Shown here piece by piece: positions 35,560 through 49,439 of a stretch of DNA of 64,000 nt. The notes below the pieces were generated by a model that did not search any database, was not told where the DNA came from, and saw nothing but the letters and a program-made list of their open reading frames with translations. The stretch's first letter is position 1, and every line of letters starts with the position of its first letter. Source of the DNA: Camelus dromedarius (taxonomy: Eukaryota); assembly GCF_036321535.1 (NCBI RefSeq), contig NC_087436.1, forward strand, positions 74,464,001-74,528,000, written 5' to 3'. A program made the translations under genes and the position numbers.

Positions 35560-38010
35560 ATACGTCCCTCACAGAGACTTCTTTATTTCCAGGAATATTA
35601 ATGTGTCACCTACGTGGCTGTAGCACTGCTGGAAACAAGTATAAAGAACGCATGCTCAAGAACTCACTCTTTATTGGGAGCAACAAACAAGAGAAATGGC
35701 TTAAACCTGTGTGTGAAGTGATTTAACAAAGGTCAGATCCTGGAGAAATTGAGAGGCAGTACATAAAGAACCCAGGCTCAGCTTGGAGGATCAGGACAAT
35801 TTTCCAATAAAAGGCAACTTGGAGTAGAATTGGTGAGGAAGAGGCAGAGGAAACGTTGGTGCAAAAGCCCAAGATCTGGCTCAGCAGAGCATATTTGGGG
35901 AACTAACTGCAAATAGGTCTACTTGGCTTTAAGGAAGAGGATCTATGTGGATGTGCTAGAAACAAGACTCGCAAAATTAGGAGGGAGTCAGAAGATGAAG
36001 GGGTTGGGGTGGGGAGGGGAGCCTTTGAAGAATTTTTAGGAGGGTTAGTGACCTGACCAGATTTGTACTTTAGAAACATTATCCTGGAGGTAAGTGCCAG
36101 TTTGGAATTGTGACCCATATTAACGAGTAAAAATAGGACATTGCAGAACAATAATGTATCTAACCAAATCTAAGACACTATTGATTGTATGATAGTTTGA
36201 TTTCAGAGATGTTAAAATGTGGGGGGGGGGGCAAGGTGCCTCTTAAAGTGGAAGAAGTAAAGCATGATTAATAAATTCCTATTTTTAGAAAAAAAAAGTT
36301 TTTGGGAGTAAGATTTGAGGACTGGATCAGGGGTAACTTTACCTTTTTCTTTACAGCCTTATAAACTATTGGCTATTTTATGATAAGAGTATATTCCTTT
36401 TTAGTCTGAAAAAGACACTAAAGAAAAAAAGATGTAAATCAACAACAATGATGAAGAAAAAACAATATCAAATCTCTAGGTGGGAGAAAGGAGATAAAGG
36501 CCAATAGGAAAACCAGTCCAGAAATTATTGAGATGATCCAGATAAGGGAGCCAAAAGGTCCAAGTTCAGCAGTGTCAGAAAAAGGCAGATGAATGGATGG
36601 ATGGGAGAGGGGTGGCAAGTCAATAGGATTTGCAGCCACAGGAGTCTGGACGTGAGGAACAACCTGCCTTCTGTCATGCATCTGGCCTGAGTCCCTAGAT
36701 GGATGGATGTTACCATATATATGGATAGAAATGCAGAATGAACAGTCAGTTCTAGAAACAAAGAAGATAAATTCAGTTTGAGACATATTAAGTTTGAGGT
36801 GCCTTTGGGCCATTAAAAACAGGAATGCCTAGAAGGCAGTTGACCATATAAATTGGAGGCTGTAACAATGTATGACATTAGCATATATAAATGGTCATTT
36901 AAACCACAGATGATGATAAAATTGCTTACAAAGAGTATGCCTGCCAAGGGAAGGGAAGGAGGGAGCGGGTGAATCCACAGTTACCAAAGAGAAAGAGGAA
37001 AAGAAACCTGTTAGGAGACTTAGAAGGAGCGGCTGAAGAGGGAGGAAGAACATGACTGAGTGTGGTGTCACAGAGGCCCAGGAGCAGAAGGGGAACAGCT
37101 TTCTGGAGTTGATGCCAACTTAGATAAGAAGTGAAATGTGACCATTGCCTGGTAGGTCCCTGAGGCTGGGCTAGGAGCAGTCTCAAAAGAGTGATGGGGA
37201 CAGAAGTCAGGTTACAGAGGGGTGAGGAGAGAGTAGGGTTCGAGTCAGGTGAGAAAGACTTGACTGTGAAAGGAAGGACAAAGAGAATTCTAGATAAGGA
37301 GAATATCGGATTGTGTAACAAATTTTTTATTTGTTTGGTTTTTGGTAGTTGTTAGAAGAGATACATGGTGCTTAAGTAACACTCAATAAATTCTTGCTGA
37401 ATGATTAAACTGAAAAAAAAAAAAACAAGGAGAGAGATATGATCATGTCTATGTGCTGGAGGAAAAAAGCCAGGAAAGGATAAGTTGAAAGATCTAGAGG
37501 AGAGTGTAAATAATTGATGAAACGGGGTGTGAGGGTGGGGCTGGAGTCCAGAGTTCAGGTGAAGAGATTCCCCGGGACAGGACAGGGAAAGTCACTTTTC
37601 CCATTGAGAACAGAAAAAAAAAAAAAAAAAAAAAAAGGCTACTGCATTAATTAGGGGGCTAAGACACAGGGAGAAAAGATTCAAGGAAGTCTTGGTGAGG
37701 TTAAAAAGTAGGCTCAAAGGCAATAAATGAATATAGGAGTGAGAAGCCTAGGTTACTGTAAGCAGAACATCAAATTTTTTTTTAACTTTTTTTATTGAGT
37801 TATAGTAGAACATCAAATATTCTTAAGTTTGGGGGTTTTAGGTTTCCAAAGTGGAATTCTTTGCAGTAGATTCAGAGTGTGACCATATGAATGAAGCATA
37901 GAGGATGTGAGAGGCATTGGAGGAGATAACATCACGGAACTGTGAGACTGGGTGTTGAATGAGTCTTCCTTGAGGATACTGAAGTCATCGAGGATGGAGA
38001 GGACACCATG
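35560..38010 (-). mobile_element. Long fragmented L2 remnant (endonuclease/RT region to 3' end)
   Basis: Minus-strand translations include L2 ORF2-like MAQRHLKLNMSQTEFIFF (36813 downward) and HSYGHTLNL (endonuclease THxxGHTLDL-like, ~37880). Purine-rich + strand typical of antisense L2. Boundaries approximate. Confidence 0.65.
37776..37806 (-). mobile_element. Ultra-truncated (31 bp) young L1 3' tip
   Basis: T-runs around aac, then attgagttatagt, resembling the L1 tip at 49631-49660. Exact 12-bp TSD agaacatcaaat at 37764-37775 and 37807-37818. Confidence 0.8.
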
Positions 38011-38749
38011 AATCATTCACATAAGACTTTAGTCTTGCAGTGTGAGTAACACAAATGGCATTTTGCCAGGAGCAATCACTCTGTTCCTCATCAACTGATA
38101 CACTCAGCAAACAGTGTAATATAGTGACTTAGGCGTGCGTGACACATTCCAGATTACTCTCCTTTATCTGATCCTCAGAACAAGTATGGGAAGTGTGTAG
38201 AACAGAGGTTGTTGTCTTGCAGGAAGTAGTGCTCCTTGCTATTTATATGTATGTATGTTTTGTAGGGTGTATTCTGATGCGCTTATTCTTTCCCTTCGGT
38301 TCAAACCTCTATTGTGGATGTAGAGTGGAATCTCCGCCCAGGAAGGTGGAACTGCCCATGACCACCTCCAGGTAGGCGGACAGCTCCCCAGGTGAAGCTG
38401 GGGCTAAGGTGCGCTGTAGAAAGGCAGGAGAGGAAACCAGGGTGCTCGCCCCGCCTGCCCTCTTTCTCCCCCCACCCCTTTGCCGCTCTTTCTCCTTCCC
38501 TCACCCCCTCCTCTTTCTCTCTATCCCACTTTTTCCCCCTGCCCTTCCTCTTTCTCCTCCTCCTCTCTTTCTCTCACGTTTAGATTTCCACAAGTCTGGG
38601 TACTCCCCAGGGACCCTGAAGCACCAAGGAGAAAGCATTTTTATGCGGACAACAAGCTGAGGTTGAGGGCTCTAACTTACAAGCCAGATAATCTAATGAT
38701 ATGAGGCTCTCTGCCTTTATTTCCCTTCATGTGTCCTGAGCCTTTAATC

Positions 38750-39555
38750 ACTTATTTATTTGTCAGTATTTATTGAGGGTCTACCATGTGTATGTGCTTT
38801 TCCCTAACACTGGGAACACAGTGGTAAACCAGACAAAATCTCTTTCAGGAAACTTCCATTCCCATAGGGAAGAGACAGACAATAAACGTAACAATAAATA
38901 AGAAAATATCACTAGATAAGTGATCAGATACAAAAGCCAATTGATGTGATAGAGGTTGACTGAAGAGCTGCTCTGGCAAGGATGCACACTGAAGGCCTCT
39001 CTTAGAAGCTGTCAATAACGGGGGAGGGTATAGCTCAGTGGTAGAGCACGTGCCTAGCTGGGTTCAGTCCCAGTACCTCCATTAAAAAAAATCACATAAA
39101 TAAATACACCTAATTACCTCCCCTCCAACAACAACAAAAGATATCAATAAACAGAGGAGGAGACAGCCACATGAAGATGGAGGAGAGAGGAGCGGGATGG
39201 AGAGAGCCTTCCACACAGAGGGAATAGCTAGCGTTACTTCATGAAATGAGTGTGGTGCGTTTAAGGAATAGAAAGCAGACCAGGGACCAAGCTGGAGCGC
39301 CGTGAGAGAGGGAAGCGTGGAGTGAGAAGTGAAAACAGGGAGCTGGGTCTGGATCCTGGAAAGCCTAATGGGGGTTGGGTCTTAGTTTAAGCGTGATGGG
39401 AATCTACTGAAGGTCTACAATCGAGAGAGTAGCATGTGATTTATGTATAACAACATCTGGCTGCGCGTGGAGGATAGATTATAGGGGAGGCCGAAGTAGA
39501 AACAGAAAATCCAACTGGGAGACCAGAGGGCCAAGTAAGAGATGGTGGGTCCCAC
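38750..39555 (-). mobile_element. L2 3' portion, interrupted by a SINE at 39020-39137
   Basis: atttatttgtcagtatttattgagggtctaccatgtg...ggaaacttccattcc...gtaagagatggtggg. Confidence 0.7.
39020..39137 (+). mobile_element. Vic-1-like SINE
   Basis: gggggagggtatagctcagtggtagagcacgtgcctagc...cagtacctccattaa. Decayed TSD aagctgtcaataa/aagatatcaataa. Confidence 0.9.
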
Positions 39556-40545
39556 CTGAGTGATGCTGTTTTCCCACATTGAATTACCGCCTGCGTTCTT
39601 ATGATTCCCAAGTCTGTATGTGATGCTTACCTAGAAAAAGCTCAGACTTTCAAGCAGTTAGTCTAGTCTTGACTCTGCCCATAACTAGCTCTTTAAATCC
39701 GGCCAATTTGCAAGCACTCTGGCCCTCAGTGTCTTCATTTGTGCAATGAGGGAATTAGACTAGATGATTCTGAAGTTCCTTCCAGTGATCACATTCTGAT
39801 TCTAAACTTGATGCTCCTTCTCAGATCCCTATAATAACAATGACATGGATTACATATATGGATGTGGAGCCAAGTACTTCACACATATTAATATATTTAA
39901 TTCTCCTAGCAAATTCCTATGAGATAGGAGCTATTAGTAGCCTTACTTTATAGTGGAGGATACCAAGATCCAAGTAATGTCATTTCCTCCTATTTTGTAA
40001 CCAGTAAGCAGCAGAGCCAGGATTCAAATCCTAACACTTTGAGTCTGGAGTCAGCATCATTTAGCCCTGCTCTGTTCTTACTGTTTCCCTTCAAAGACCC
40101 CGATCCCCATTCTGCTTTCTCACCTTAGCCCCCATCACTTCTGCCTCCTCGGATGCTTTCTCCTGCTGTTACCCCTCTCCCTTGTGTCTTCATCCCCAAG
40201 AGCTGTTTTCCTTCCTAAAACAAAACAAAACAAAACAAAAACAAAAAAGAGCACCTTGCTCTGAACCACCCTCCTTTAGTCGCTGCCTTAGTTCATTCTC
40301 GTTAGTACTGCGCGTGTCACCTCCTCCCAGAGGCCTTTTCTGACCATTTGGGTAAATCACCTTCCACTTCTGGGTACCTCCAGGCACTTCTTTTTGAGGA
40401 AAATTGACTTTGAGATGCCCATTAGTCCTTTAAGTAGATATGGCAAGTGGGCAATTGGATATACAATTCTAGAGCTTAGCTTTCACAGCACCTGACCCTC
40501 CACTGTGTCCTGAGTTAGTTGTGGAGACATCTCAGTAGAACAAGG

Positions 40546-41009
40546 CCTGTGCGTTTCCTGGGACTGCTGTAATGAATTGTCACCAACTGGGGGGGGGGGG
40601 GGCTTAAAATAATGGAAATGTGTCCTCTCACACTTCAGTAGGTAACGTTGGAAATTAGGTGTTGGTGGGACCACACTCCCTCCGGAGACTCTAGGAGAGG
40701 ATCCTCCTTTTCCTCTTGGAGCTCCTGGAAACCCTGCATTCTTTGGCTTCCTTAGCTTGTGGCCACATCACTCCCATCCCTGGCTTCATCTCCACATGGC
40801 CATCTTTTCTTCCATCTCCTCTTACATCTCTTATAAGGAAATTTGTCATTGGATTTAGGGCCCACTCAGATAATCCAGGATGATTGGAATCGTAAGAACC
40901 TTAATTGAATTACATTTGCAGATCTTTACCTTTTTACAAATAAATGAATGTTCCAGAGATTTGGATGTGAACATATATTTGGGGGGGGGGCACTATTCAA
41001 CCCACTACA
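40546..41009 (-). mobile_element. MaLR solo LTR (MLT1-type)
   Basis: gtttcctgggactgctgtaatgaattgtcaccaactgg...cactattcaacccactaca. Exact 5-bp TSD caagg at 40541-40545 and 41010-41014. Confidence 0.87.
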
Positions 41010-41519
41010 CAAGGGAATAGGAAGAAGTTCAGGAAGGTCTTTCCAATCCCACCCCTTCGTTTATTCTGGCTAACTTAAATTTCCTTCGAGATTCAGCTCA
41101 GTGGTCCCCCATTCAAGGGAAACACACCCAGTACATGCCTCTCCTATAATAATGATAGCTATTGCATATTTAGCACCGTTTTAAGGGCTTTGTATGTATG
41201 AACTCCCTCAAATCTTCCTACGAGATTGTCCCTGTTACTCTCCTGACTGAAAGCTAATAGTCTGTTTTGTTGTCTGTCTTCCCCATTAGACCTCCCTGTA
41301 GGGCAACAACCAAGACTTATCGTCTCTCTGTCCCCATCACACACCACGGCACATCCAGGCTCTCTACGAAGGCTGATGGGTTGAATAAATGAACAAGAGA
41401 TAGGCTGGTACTAGACTGGGCAGGGTTTTGAGGATCAGATTAAGACGTTGGGATTTTTATCTTTTTAGATCACAGATGGCCAACAGTTTTAAAGCTGATA
41501 AGTGATAGGATGGACTTCT

Positions 41520-42130
41520 CTTTCAAATATATCCTCCCCTTGGGAGAAACCTTATCACATATTGTTTTAATTATCACCTCTAAATATGTACCACCCCCAC
41601 CCCCACCCTGGGGCCTTCCTCCTGAGCTCCAGTCTCACACTGCCAGCTTCTTGCTGGGGCTGGGGCTCTCTAGGCTCAGAATCAGCTTGTCCAGACTCTT
41701 CACCATCCTTCCCACAGAGTCACTCTTCCTGAGTCATTGAGTTCACAGGCGTCCAAACTGGACAACTTGAATTAACCCCAAACACCTTCCTCATTCCCAT
41801 TGCCAATTAGTCATCAAGTGCTATTAACTGTGTCTCCTAAACTTGATCTCATGTCCATTCCCTTGGCCGCTGTCCCATTTCAGGCTCTTGCATCTTTCAC
41901 CTGGACTGTGGTACTAGCCTCCTTACCAATCTCCTGTCTCCTAGCCTTCCCTCTCTGACTCCAGTCCATCCTCCACTCTGCTGCTCATTTTATAAGCCTA
42001 AAACCCAGATCTGATCATTCCCTTTCTTGTGAAAACAACATGCAAACAAAACTCCGAGACAGCTTTGTAATGGTTTTTCATTGCATGTACAATCAAGATC
42101 TTCAAGATTACCTACAAAGATCTACCTTTC
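41520..42130 (+). mobile_element. L2 fragment
   Basis: cctgagctccagtctcac...tttcacctggactgtggtactagcctcc...ccagtccatcctccactctgctgc...cagatctgatcat. Confidence 0.65.
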
Positions 42131-45100
42131 CTCCCTCTTCATTTATGCAACACATGTATTGAATGCCTGCTGTGTATCCAGTACTGCGTTCATTGTGTTT
42201 ATGTTCTCGTCAGGGAGATGCCCACACTTACACAGATGGATGTAGCTGTTCTCACTTGGGCTACCTCAGGTCACAGGCAGGAAGGGAAGTACCCTAAGGA
42301 AGGAACCACAACTGGAAGAGGCTGACAGTGGCAGCCTCACTGTTTGCATTCAGAATGTACTGTAACTTTAATGCTGTTTGTGTGCCTATTGGGTGGATTT
42401 ACAGATTGTTTATCTGGTTTCAAATTAATCTTCACCAAGAAGGCAAATATTTTTAAATCAAAGAAACTATGAATTAAAGGTAATACTAAACTTTAAATCA
42501 AGGAAGTAAAACAGTAAAACTGTAAGCCCAAGGGACTGGGGCTATACCCAGTAGGTGTCTTCAGCAACCTTAGACTTAAAACAATAACCATCTAACCACA
42601 TGTGACAAGAATTGGTCCCCAATTTTAAAATTATGGTAAAGAAAATTTGAAATGGAGATTTACCTTCTCCATCTTTAATGATGGTCTCTTCCTTAGGTGT
42701 AATTTGGGGTTTGAAGTATTAGCTAATAATAGTGTAAAAAGCTATCACAACTAGCAATATCTTTTTGTGTGTCAGTGTGCAAAGTGTAAGTATAGTATGA
42801 TGTGACTGTGATTTTTGTATTTATAGAAAGGATGATTCATAAAAATTCCCCAGTAGAGTATCATGCTTTTACTGGGTCTCATAACTTTCCCTAATATCTC
42901 TCTCCTGGAAAAAAATAAAGCACCCAGACAAGTATAAAGTGCTCAGTTTCATACTATTAAACATCACAAAGTTAGAAAACGAATTAATGAGCTTTTAGTT
43001 CTGCTTTAAAACTGCTTAATTTTACCATGTTCATGATTAGCAGTATTTTTATAATTGCTTGTTTTTTCCTTGTAAGTTCTATTTATATTTGTTTTTACAA
43101 TGTACATTAGAGTAGTAGTACATAATATAACTTTAAATAAATAAATTGCCCTGGGCTTCTTGTGACTCCCTAATCCTGTTTCATTTTTTCTACAGTTTTG
43201 TGCCATTTTTTCTCAGTCTGGTTTCTCTCTTCTCCATTTGACAGAATCCTAAGGATTGTTCAAGCCTTCCTCAATATCCAGAGGCACAAATGATCACTTT
43301 CCTCCCTCTTCTTATAGAACACCTCCGTTTTGTCCATCTCACTTGCATTATACTTGTCTTGTTAGTGTCTCCCTAGTGGATTGTGAGTTTCCAGAGGGTA
43401 AGGCTCATTGTTAGTCATCATTTTGTCCCCAGTGCCTGCATTTGCAAGTAGTGGGTATTGCAAGTGTTAATTGAATTTAATCATCTCAGAACATTCAGTG
43501 TCCTAAATTTCAAACCAATTTGAGAGACACACAAATGTGTGAGAAAATATGAGATATAAAGAAACAAGAAACAGAGGGCTACGAATTTCGAGCAAGAGCC
43601 TTAATTTCACACACAGCATTTTATAAGAATGATTCTCAAGGTATGGAATGTAGGTCCTCTTGACAGATTGTAAATTTAACAAATGCACAGTCTTCATTCA
43701 TTACATATGAAGGATATGTAATTTCACAGATTTTCATTTTTGTCTTGCAGCTAAGGGCCACTTAGTAGTCTACTAAATGAATTATTAAAATTTGATATTT
43801 ATAAGCTACAATTGGCACATGTCTAAAGAGTACTAAGGATTCTAATTTAGCACCCTACTCAAAAGTCTGGCAGCCACAAAAATGCTTGGCAAAGGCACAT
43901 ATGCAAATAGCTGGATTTCCCCCAAAAGGCTGATTACTTACTGTGCATCATCACTTTTATATTGAGGGAGATGAGGTTCTGTTTATAGTTCATCCTGCCT
44001 ATTAATTATACATTACTGTTGGTTTTGTCATGATCAGTTTATTCTGGGCTTTGTTAATTTGTTGGTGTCTCAGTGATATAGTTTCAGACATGGGCTCTGG
44101 AAGTAGCATCTTCTATGAAAAATCTGTGATGAATTTGGGCAAGCTATTTAATTTTCCTGAGCCTCAGTTTTTCCATCTCAAAATGTGGGATGTAGATAGA
44201 AGTACTTATCAAGTTGATTTGATATATGGTGTAATTGAGTTAATACATGGAAAGTATTTTCACAGGATGGTATTTGGCACATAGAGAAGGTGCCTGGCAT
44301 GTAGAACATGGTTATATCTGGTTCAGCTAAGAGTGACAGAAAACTAAAACAACAAGGATTTATTGAGATAGAAGTTGATTTCTTCACATGTAACCATGGG
44401 CTGTGCAGAGTGGGTATGGCAGTCTGTGATCATCCTATTCCTCCCATCTTGTTCTACCATATCTCAAAATGGGATTTCCATTTCATGGTCTGGATGGCTG
44501 TTCCAGCACCAGCCATCATCTCTGCATCCCAGCTAGCAGGAATTAAGAGTGGAAAAGTGAGGGCACAACCCCTCTCTCTAGGGACACTTCTCAGAAGTCA
44601 CACACAGCACTGACCAGAACTTGACGGCACGGCCACTTCTAGCTACAAAGAAAGGCTGGCAAATAAAAATCTTTATTTTGAATAGATATGTTCCAAATTA
44701 GTAAAAGGAAGAGTTTATTATCACAGAATTGGGTTTATAAACTGGAACATTATTGGCCTTTGGGCAGAACAAATCTTTATTGAATAAGACCATTCTGTAC
44801 ATTTCAGGACATTTATACCTCCAGGTCCCAGATGCTACAGAGGCATCCTCCCAGTCATTGTGTCAACCCACTGCTCCTATGTATTTACAGTTACTTAGGG
44901 GTAGCACTGTCCTTACATTTCTGGTTCCGTGGCAGACGTTTTGTCTGCCCAGTATAGCAGGATATCCCTTTCCAGGGAAACAGTCTTTCCCGTAGCCGTG
45001 TGTTGAATAACCATCTTTTTACATGACTATTTTCTAACAACAGAGATGAGAAAACAGGTCAGCATCTGACCCAGGCCAGGCCAAATAAAATCTTTCCCCA

Positions 45101-45184
45101 GGTTTTAAAAAATTAGACCTACAACAAGAGTTTTACTTTTCTCGTGGGTGGAGATAGAAGATCCTGTGCTCTTCAGACACGACT

Positions 45185-45655
45185 GGTGAGAATGTCAAAT
45201 GGTGCCACCCTTGCTTTGGAGAACGGTCTGTCGACTCTTTGAAAGGTTGAATATAGAGATATAACACAGCAGTTCTACTCCCAGGTATATATGCAAAAGA
45301 AATGAAAACACAATTCACATAAAAGCTTATATGCAAATGTTAGTAGGAACATTATTCATAATAGTCAAAAAGTAGAAACTTCCCAAGTGTCTATCAACTA
45401 ATAATGGAGAAACAAAATGTGTTCTATCCTTACAATAGAATATTACTTGGCAATAAAAAATGAATGGATTACTGATACATGCTGCAACATGGATGAACTA
45501 TGAGAATATTGTGCAAGGGAAAAGATGCCAATCACAAATAACCACATGTTGTATGATTCCATTTATATGAAATGGGCAGTATGGGCAAGCCCAAAGAGAC
45601 AGAAAGTATTGGTGATAGATGAGAATGGGGAATGACTGCTCATGCTCATGTTTTG
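45185..45655 (+). mobile_element. Old L1 (L1MB-like) ORF2 end/3'UTR
   Basis: ggtgagaatgtcaaatggtgc...ctactcccaggtatata...gctgcaacatggatgaac...gtatgattccatttatatgaaatg. Confidence 0.8.
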
Positions 45656-46135
45656 GGGAGATTGAGTCCCATCACATGGCCAATGATTTAATCAATCATG
45701 CCTGTATAATGAAACCTTGATAAAAACTCTAAGGAGGTTCATTGACTTTCCTGGTTGGTGAATATATTGATGTACCTGGAAGGGCACAAATTTTCAGGCC
45801 TTCCCACCCCAGACCTTGACTTATATATCTCTTCCATATGGCCGTTCCTGAGTTGTAACCTTTATAATAAAACAGTAATTCTAGCTATAGTGCTTTCCTG
45901 AGTTCTCTGAGTCATTTTATTGAATTATCAAACCTGAAGAGGGGTCATAGATAGGAACCCCTAAATTTGTAGTCATATTGGTCCTCAGAAGTGCAGATGG
46001 CCCTTGGACTTGTAACTGGCATCTGAAGTGAGGGCAGTCTTTTGGGACTGACCCTTAATCGATGGGGTCTGTGTAGTGTCAGATTTGAATGGACACCCAT
46101 CTGGTGTTGGAGATTTGTTGGCGAGCACTGGGGAA
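45656..46135 (+). mobile_element. MER21-family LTR fragment
   Basis: Reverse-complement similarity to 7505-8405 (ggacttgtaactggcatctgaagtgagggcagtc vs cagatgccagtcacaagtcc). Confidence 0.75.
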
Positions 46136-48067
46136 GGTAACATTTGCTACAAGCACCATTATCTAAGAAGTCTGAGAACACTACAGAAGGGTACTTAGTA
46201 CAAATCTTGAATACAGATAGAAAGTAGTAACTGTTCTACTTTGAAACACTTCTTAAAGTGGGAGATAAAAAAAAAATGACATTCTTAAGAGTTGAATTGT
46301 ACTTTACAATACAAGTGTTTACTAAGGGTACTTTTCAAAAGACACTTTCTCTTCTTATCAATCTTTTCAAAGATAATGAGGCCTGTCTACCCCAAATTAT
46401 TTAGGGATAGATCTGTCTTAAGGCAAAAGGATGAAACTTGAGGCTCTATTTTAGCCCTATGATTCTATCTGTTTCCATTAAGGGAAAATCTCCCTGGCTC
46501 TTGAAATAAAACAGCTGCTACTATTCAAATATGCATGAATGCAACACATTATATTTCTTTCAATAGATATGTTTATTACATTGATTCTTTTGGAAACGTT
46601 GATTATTTCCATACTTTTGTTCCCTCTTCTCCCAGGTAGGAAGAAGGGCAGTCTTGGAAATTCACATATGCAATGGCAGAAATACTCAAGACTGTACAGG
46701 GAAAAGAAACAGTCCATTATGAGAAAAATTACATCAATAAGTTGGAAATAATGGCTGTTACTTCCTGGTCTTTATGGCAGTGAGGAGGGGAAAAGAAGGA
46801 ACCATACTTTCAGATTTGGTCAAGGACAAAGCTTCAAAGCAATTCATGTGGCATAATATAAACTAAATATTTATAAAATGAATATAAATAACACGAAGAT
46901 TTTTTTTAAACAACTGCAAAAATAATAAAGAAAATAACTAGTCAATATGTATGGCTATAGGGTCTTCCTTGTGAAGAACTATATCATCAGATGTGTGACT
47001 TTGATCTTACTAAATCAGAATCCCCATATGTGGCATTAATTTGCAAGTTAAAATTTTAATAAAAGATTTGTTTCCCCCTAGACACAAGCAATGTGTCCAG
47101 TTTTAGTATAACATTAGAGAATATTTAGTGTGCTTCCTTGAATTAGTTCATCAAATCATGATTAAAAAAATGGTGTAATGACTTTTTTTCCCTCATTTTA
47201 AACGATTGTCATTGCAGTCTTATGACAGGTCTTAATAGATTACCTTTTGATCTAGATAAAACATCTTATATTACCTTCTTCATCTTTTAAAACTGCAAAA
47301 GTCCCTGTTCATATCACTGTAAGGAAACGGTGAACATGAATACAATTGTGCAGGCAATATTTAATTTGCTAAATGAGTAACACTTTAGTTCATCCAAAGT
47401 GTTTCCTAGAGACTGTAACAAGTAGTTCATTTGTTTTTAATTGCTAACTTAATTTCAGCTGTAACATTTTATTTAGGAAATTACTTCCTAGGAGAAAGTA
47501 TTAGGCAGCAAGAAGAGAAATAATCAAACATAAAATAATCTTTAAGATTCCATTAGACACAGGGCTCATAATACTATTTAGAAGAAATGAAGCCATTCTA
47601 TAATTTTATAACTTCCAAATATAATATACATTAGATTTGTAGTAAAAATAAATATGTATCTTTTAATTTTCTTATTGGGTTAATTATATTTACAAAACGA
47701 GCTGTGTACTGGAGTGGAAGGAGCATTGTGTGGCAATCTGTGGTGTTGGTCCTACTCTGTAACCATCCAGCTCTACGATCTCAGACTTACAAGTTAATAT
47801 AGCCCTCCTGACTCCTGATTCCTTATCCTGGGGAACAGACTCAAAAATCTCTAATGTACCTCCAAATTTCTGTGATTCATTCCTTAATCTTCAAGGTGTG
47901 CCTACAACATTAACATGTTTTAGGAGGAGTAGTGAGCATGGGATTGCAATCACACTAAATTCATCCCCAGTTCTGCCATTCACTTGCAATGTAACTTGGG
48001 GCAGGTAACCTTTCTGAATTCCAGTTTATTCGACTTTAAAACCAGATTGGTAATTCTATAGCAGACA

Positions 48068-48485
48068 CTGTCAATGCTGTGCCCCAGAGTCCCTCAGCCC
48101 ATGCCCAAGCAGCTGTCCACCTCTGTGCCTGCCTCCACCTCCTTCTCTGTCCCTGCACTTTTTATGATGCATGGGGACTTGTACAGCTAAGTACCAGGAA
48201 TTTAATGTCCCCACATGCAAACTTCCACCAGTGAGAGACAGCCTTCCAGACTCTCTGTGGGACAACTCCGAGGCACATTAACACAGTTCCTCACTGGGTC
48301 CCCAGTCGGATGGAGTCCCTCTTCCCAACAGTGGTAACCAGCTCATTGACAAGCCCTTTATTAGCTTTTCTCTCCTACCCGTTTCATTTTTCCCATTATC
48401 TCCTTCATGCTTCCTGGGATCACCTCCTGAATAATCTACTGGCACACAATTTTTTGTCTCAGGTTTTGCTTTAGGTAAAACTGCA
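48068..48485 (+). mobile_element. ERVL LTR (LTR16-like)
   Basis: tgcttcctgggatcacctcctgaataatctactggcac...tgtctcaggttttgcttt. Confidence 0.6.
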
Positions 48486-49439
48486 TTTTACAACTGCTGT
48501 GCTGATTAATTGAGAACATGTGGAAAGCATCTTGCTAGATCCTATAGTAAGACCCCAGCAAATAGTAATAATTATTATATCTGACAATTGAGACAATTTC
48601 ATGGTTCTAGGCAATGTTTAGATTGTGTTTCTATACTTAAGTGATGTTTACACCCTGTTAAAGTGTATTTACATAATTTTATGAGGTATCTAAAATGCAT
48701 AGAAAATTTAGTAAGTGAGGAAAGTTTAGGTATGATTAAAAAGTTGGTGTGGGAAAATAATATTTGCTAAGGGCTTTCAGCTTTTTCTCTCCTCTTTTTC
48801 ATTTCTCTTTTTTATTGTTTCTGGACTGAGGTCATTATTCCACTTCTATATGAAATATCATAAATTGAGCACTATTTCCTTGACAAGATCAGTAGAAGAG
48901 CATTAATAATATAAGAAACAGCTTGTATATAAATGTACATCTTTTGATTAGTATTCAATGTTTCCATAAGTGTTTAATGGTGAAAAAGCCATTTATTTGA
49001 CTTTATCTAATACGACAATTCTGCAGAAGAATGCTAGATACTTGTATTTCCTTCAGTGCCAAGATTGAATCCTTTAATTATTTCTTAGTCTATGTCTTTC
49101 CTAGGCAAGTGTATTTAATACATATGCCATGGTTTCCTATTAATTTATCTCTGTTCAATTTAAAATGCATTCTTAGCTTGTAAGAAATTCCATGAACAAA
49201 CACACAGCTTATGTGGAAGTTCTAAAAAATGATGAACTGGAGTAGAATGAATCTTGTAGCAAGCAGCTGTAGGCATGTCAACACTACCAGTTCTTATTTG
49301 TATGTGCTCACTGAAAAGACCTCTCAAAGACTTCTGTATCTGCCTGCACAATCTTGAACCCTCTGGGCTCACTCCAGGACCAGAAAGGCATCCTTTGAGC
49401 AGTGCCAGGTACATGGAAAAGGAATAATTTTTCTTTTAT

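Noticed and set aside
631..37014. Scattered GRHL-like motifs (631-640, 11431-11440, 23052-23060, ~37005)
   Set aside because: Frequency is compatible with chance in 64 kb of AT-rich DNA, and they are not clustered.
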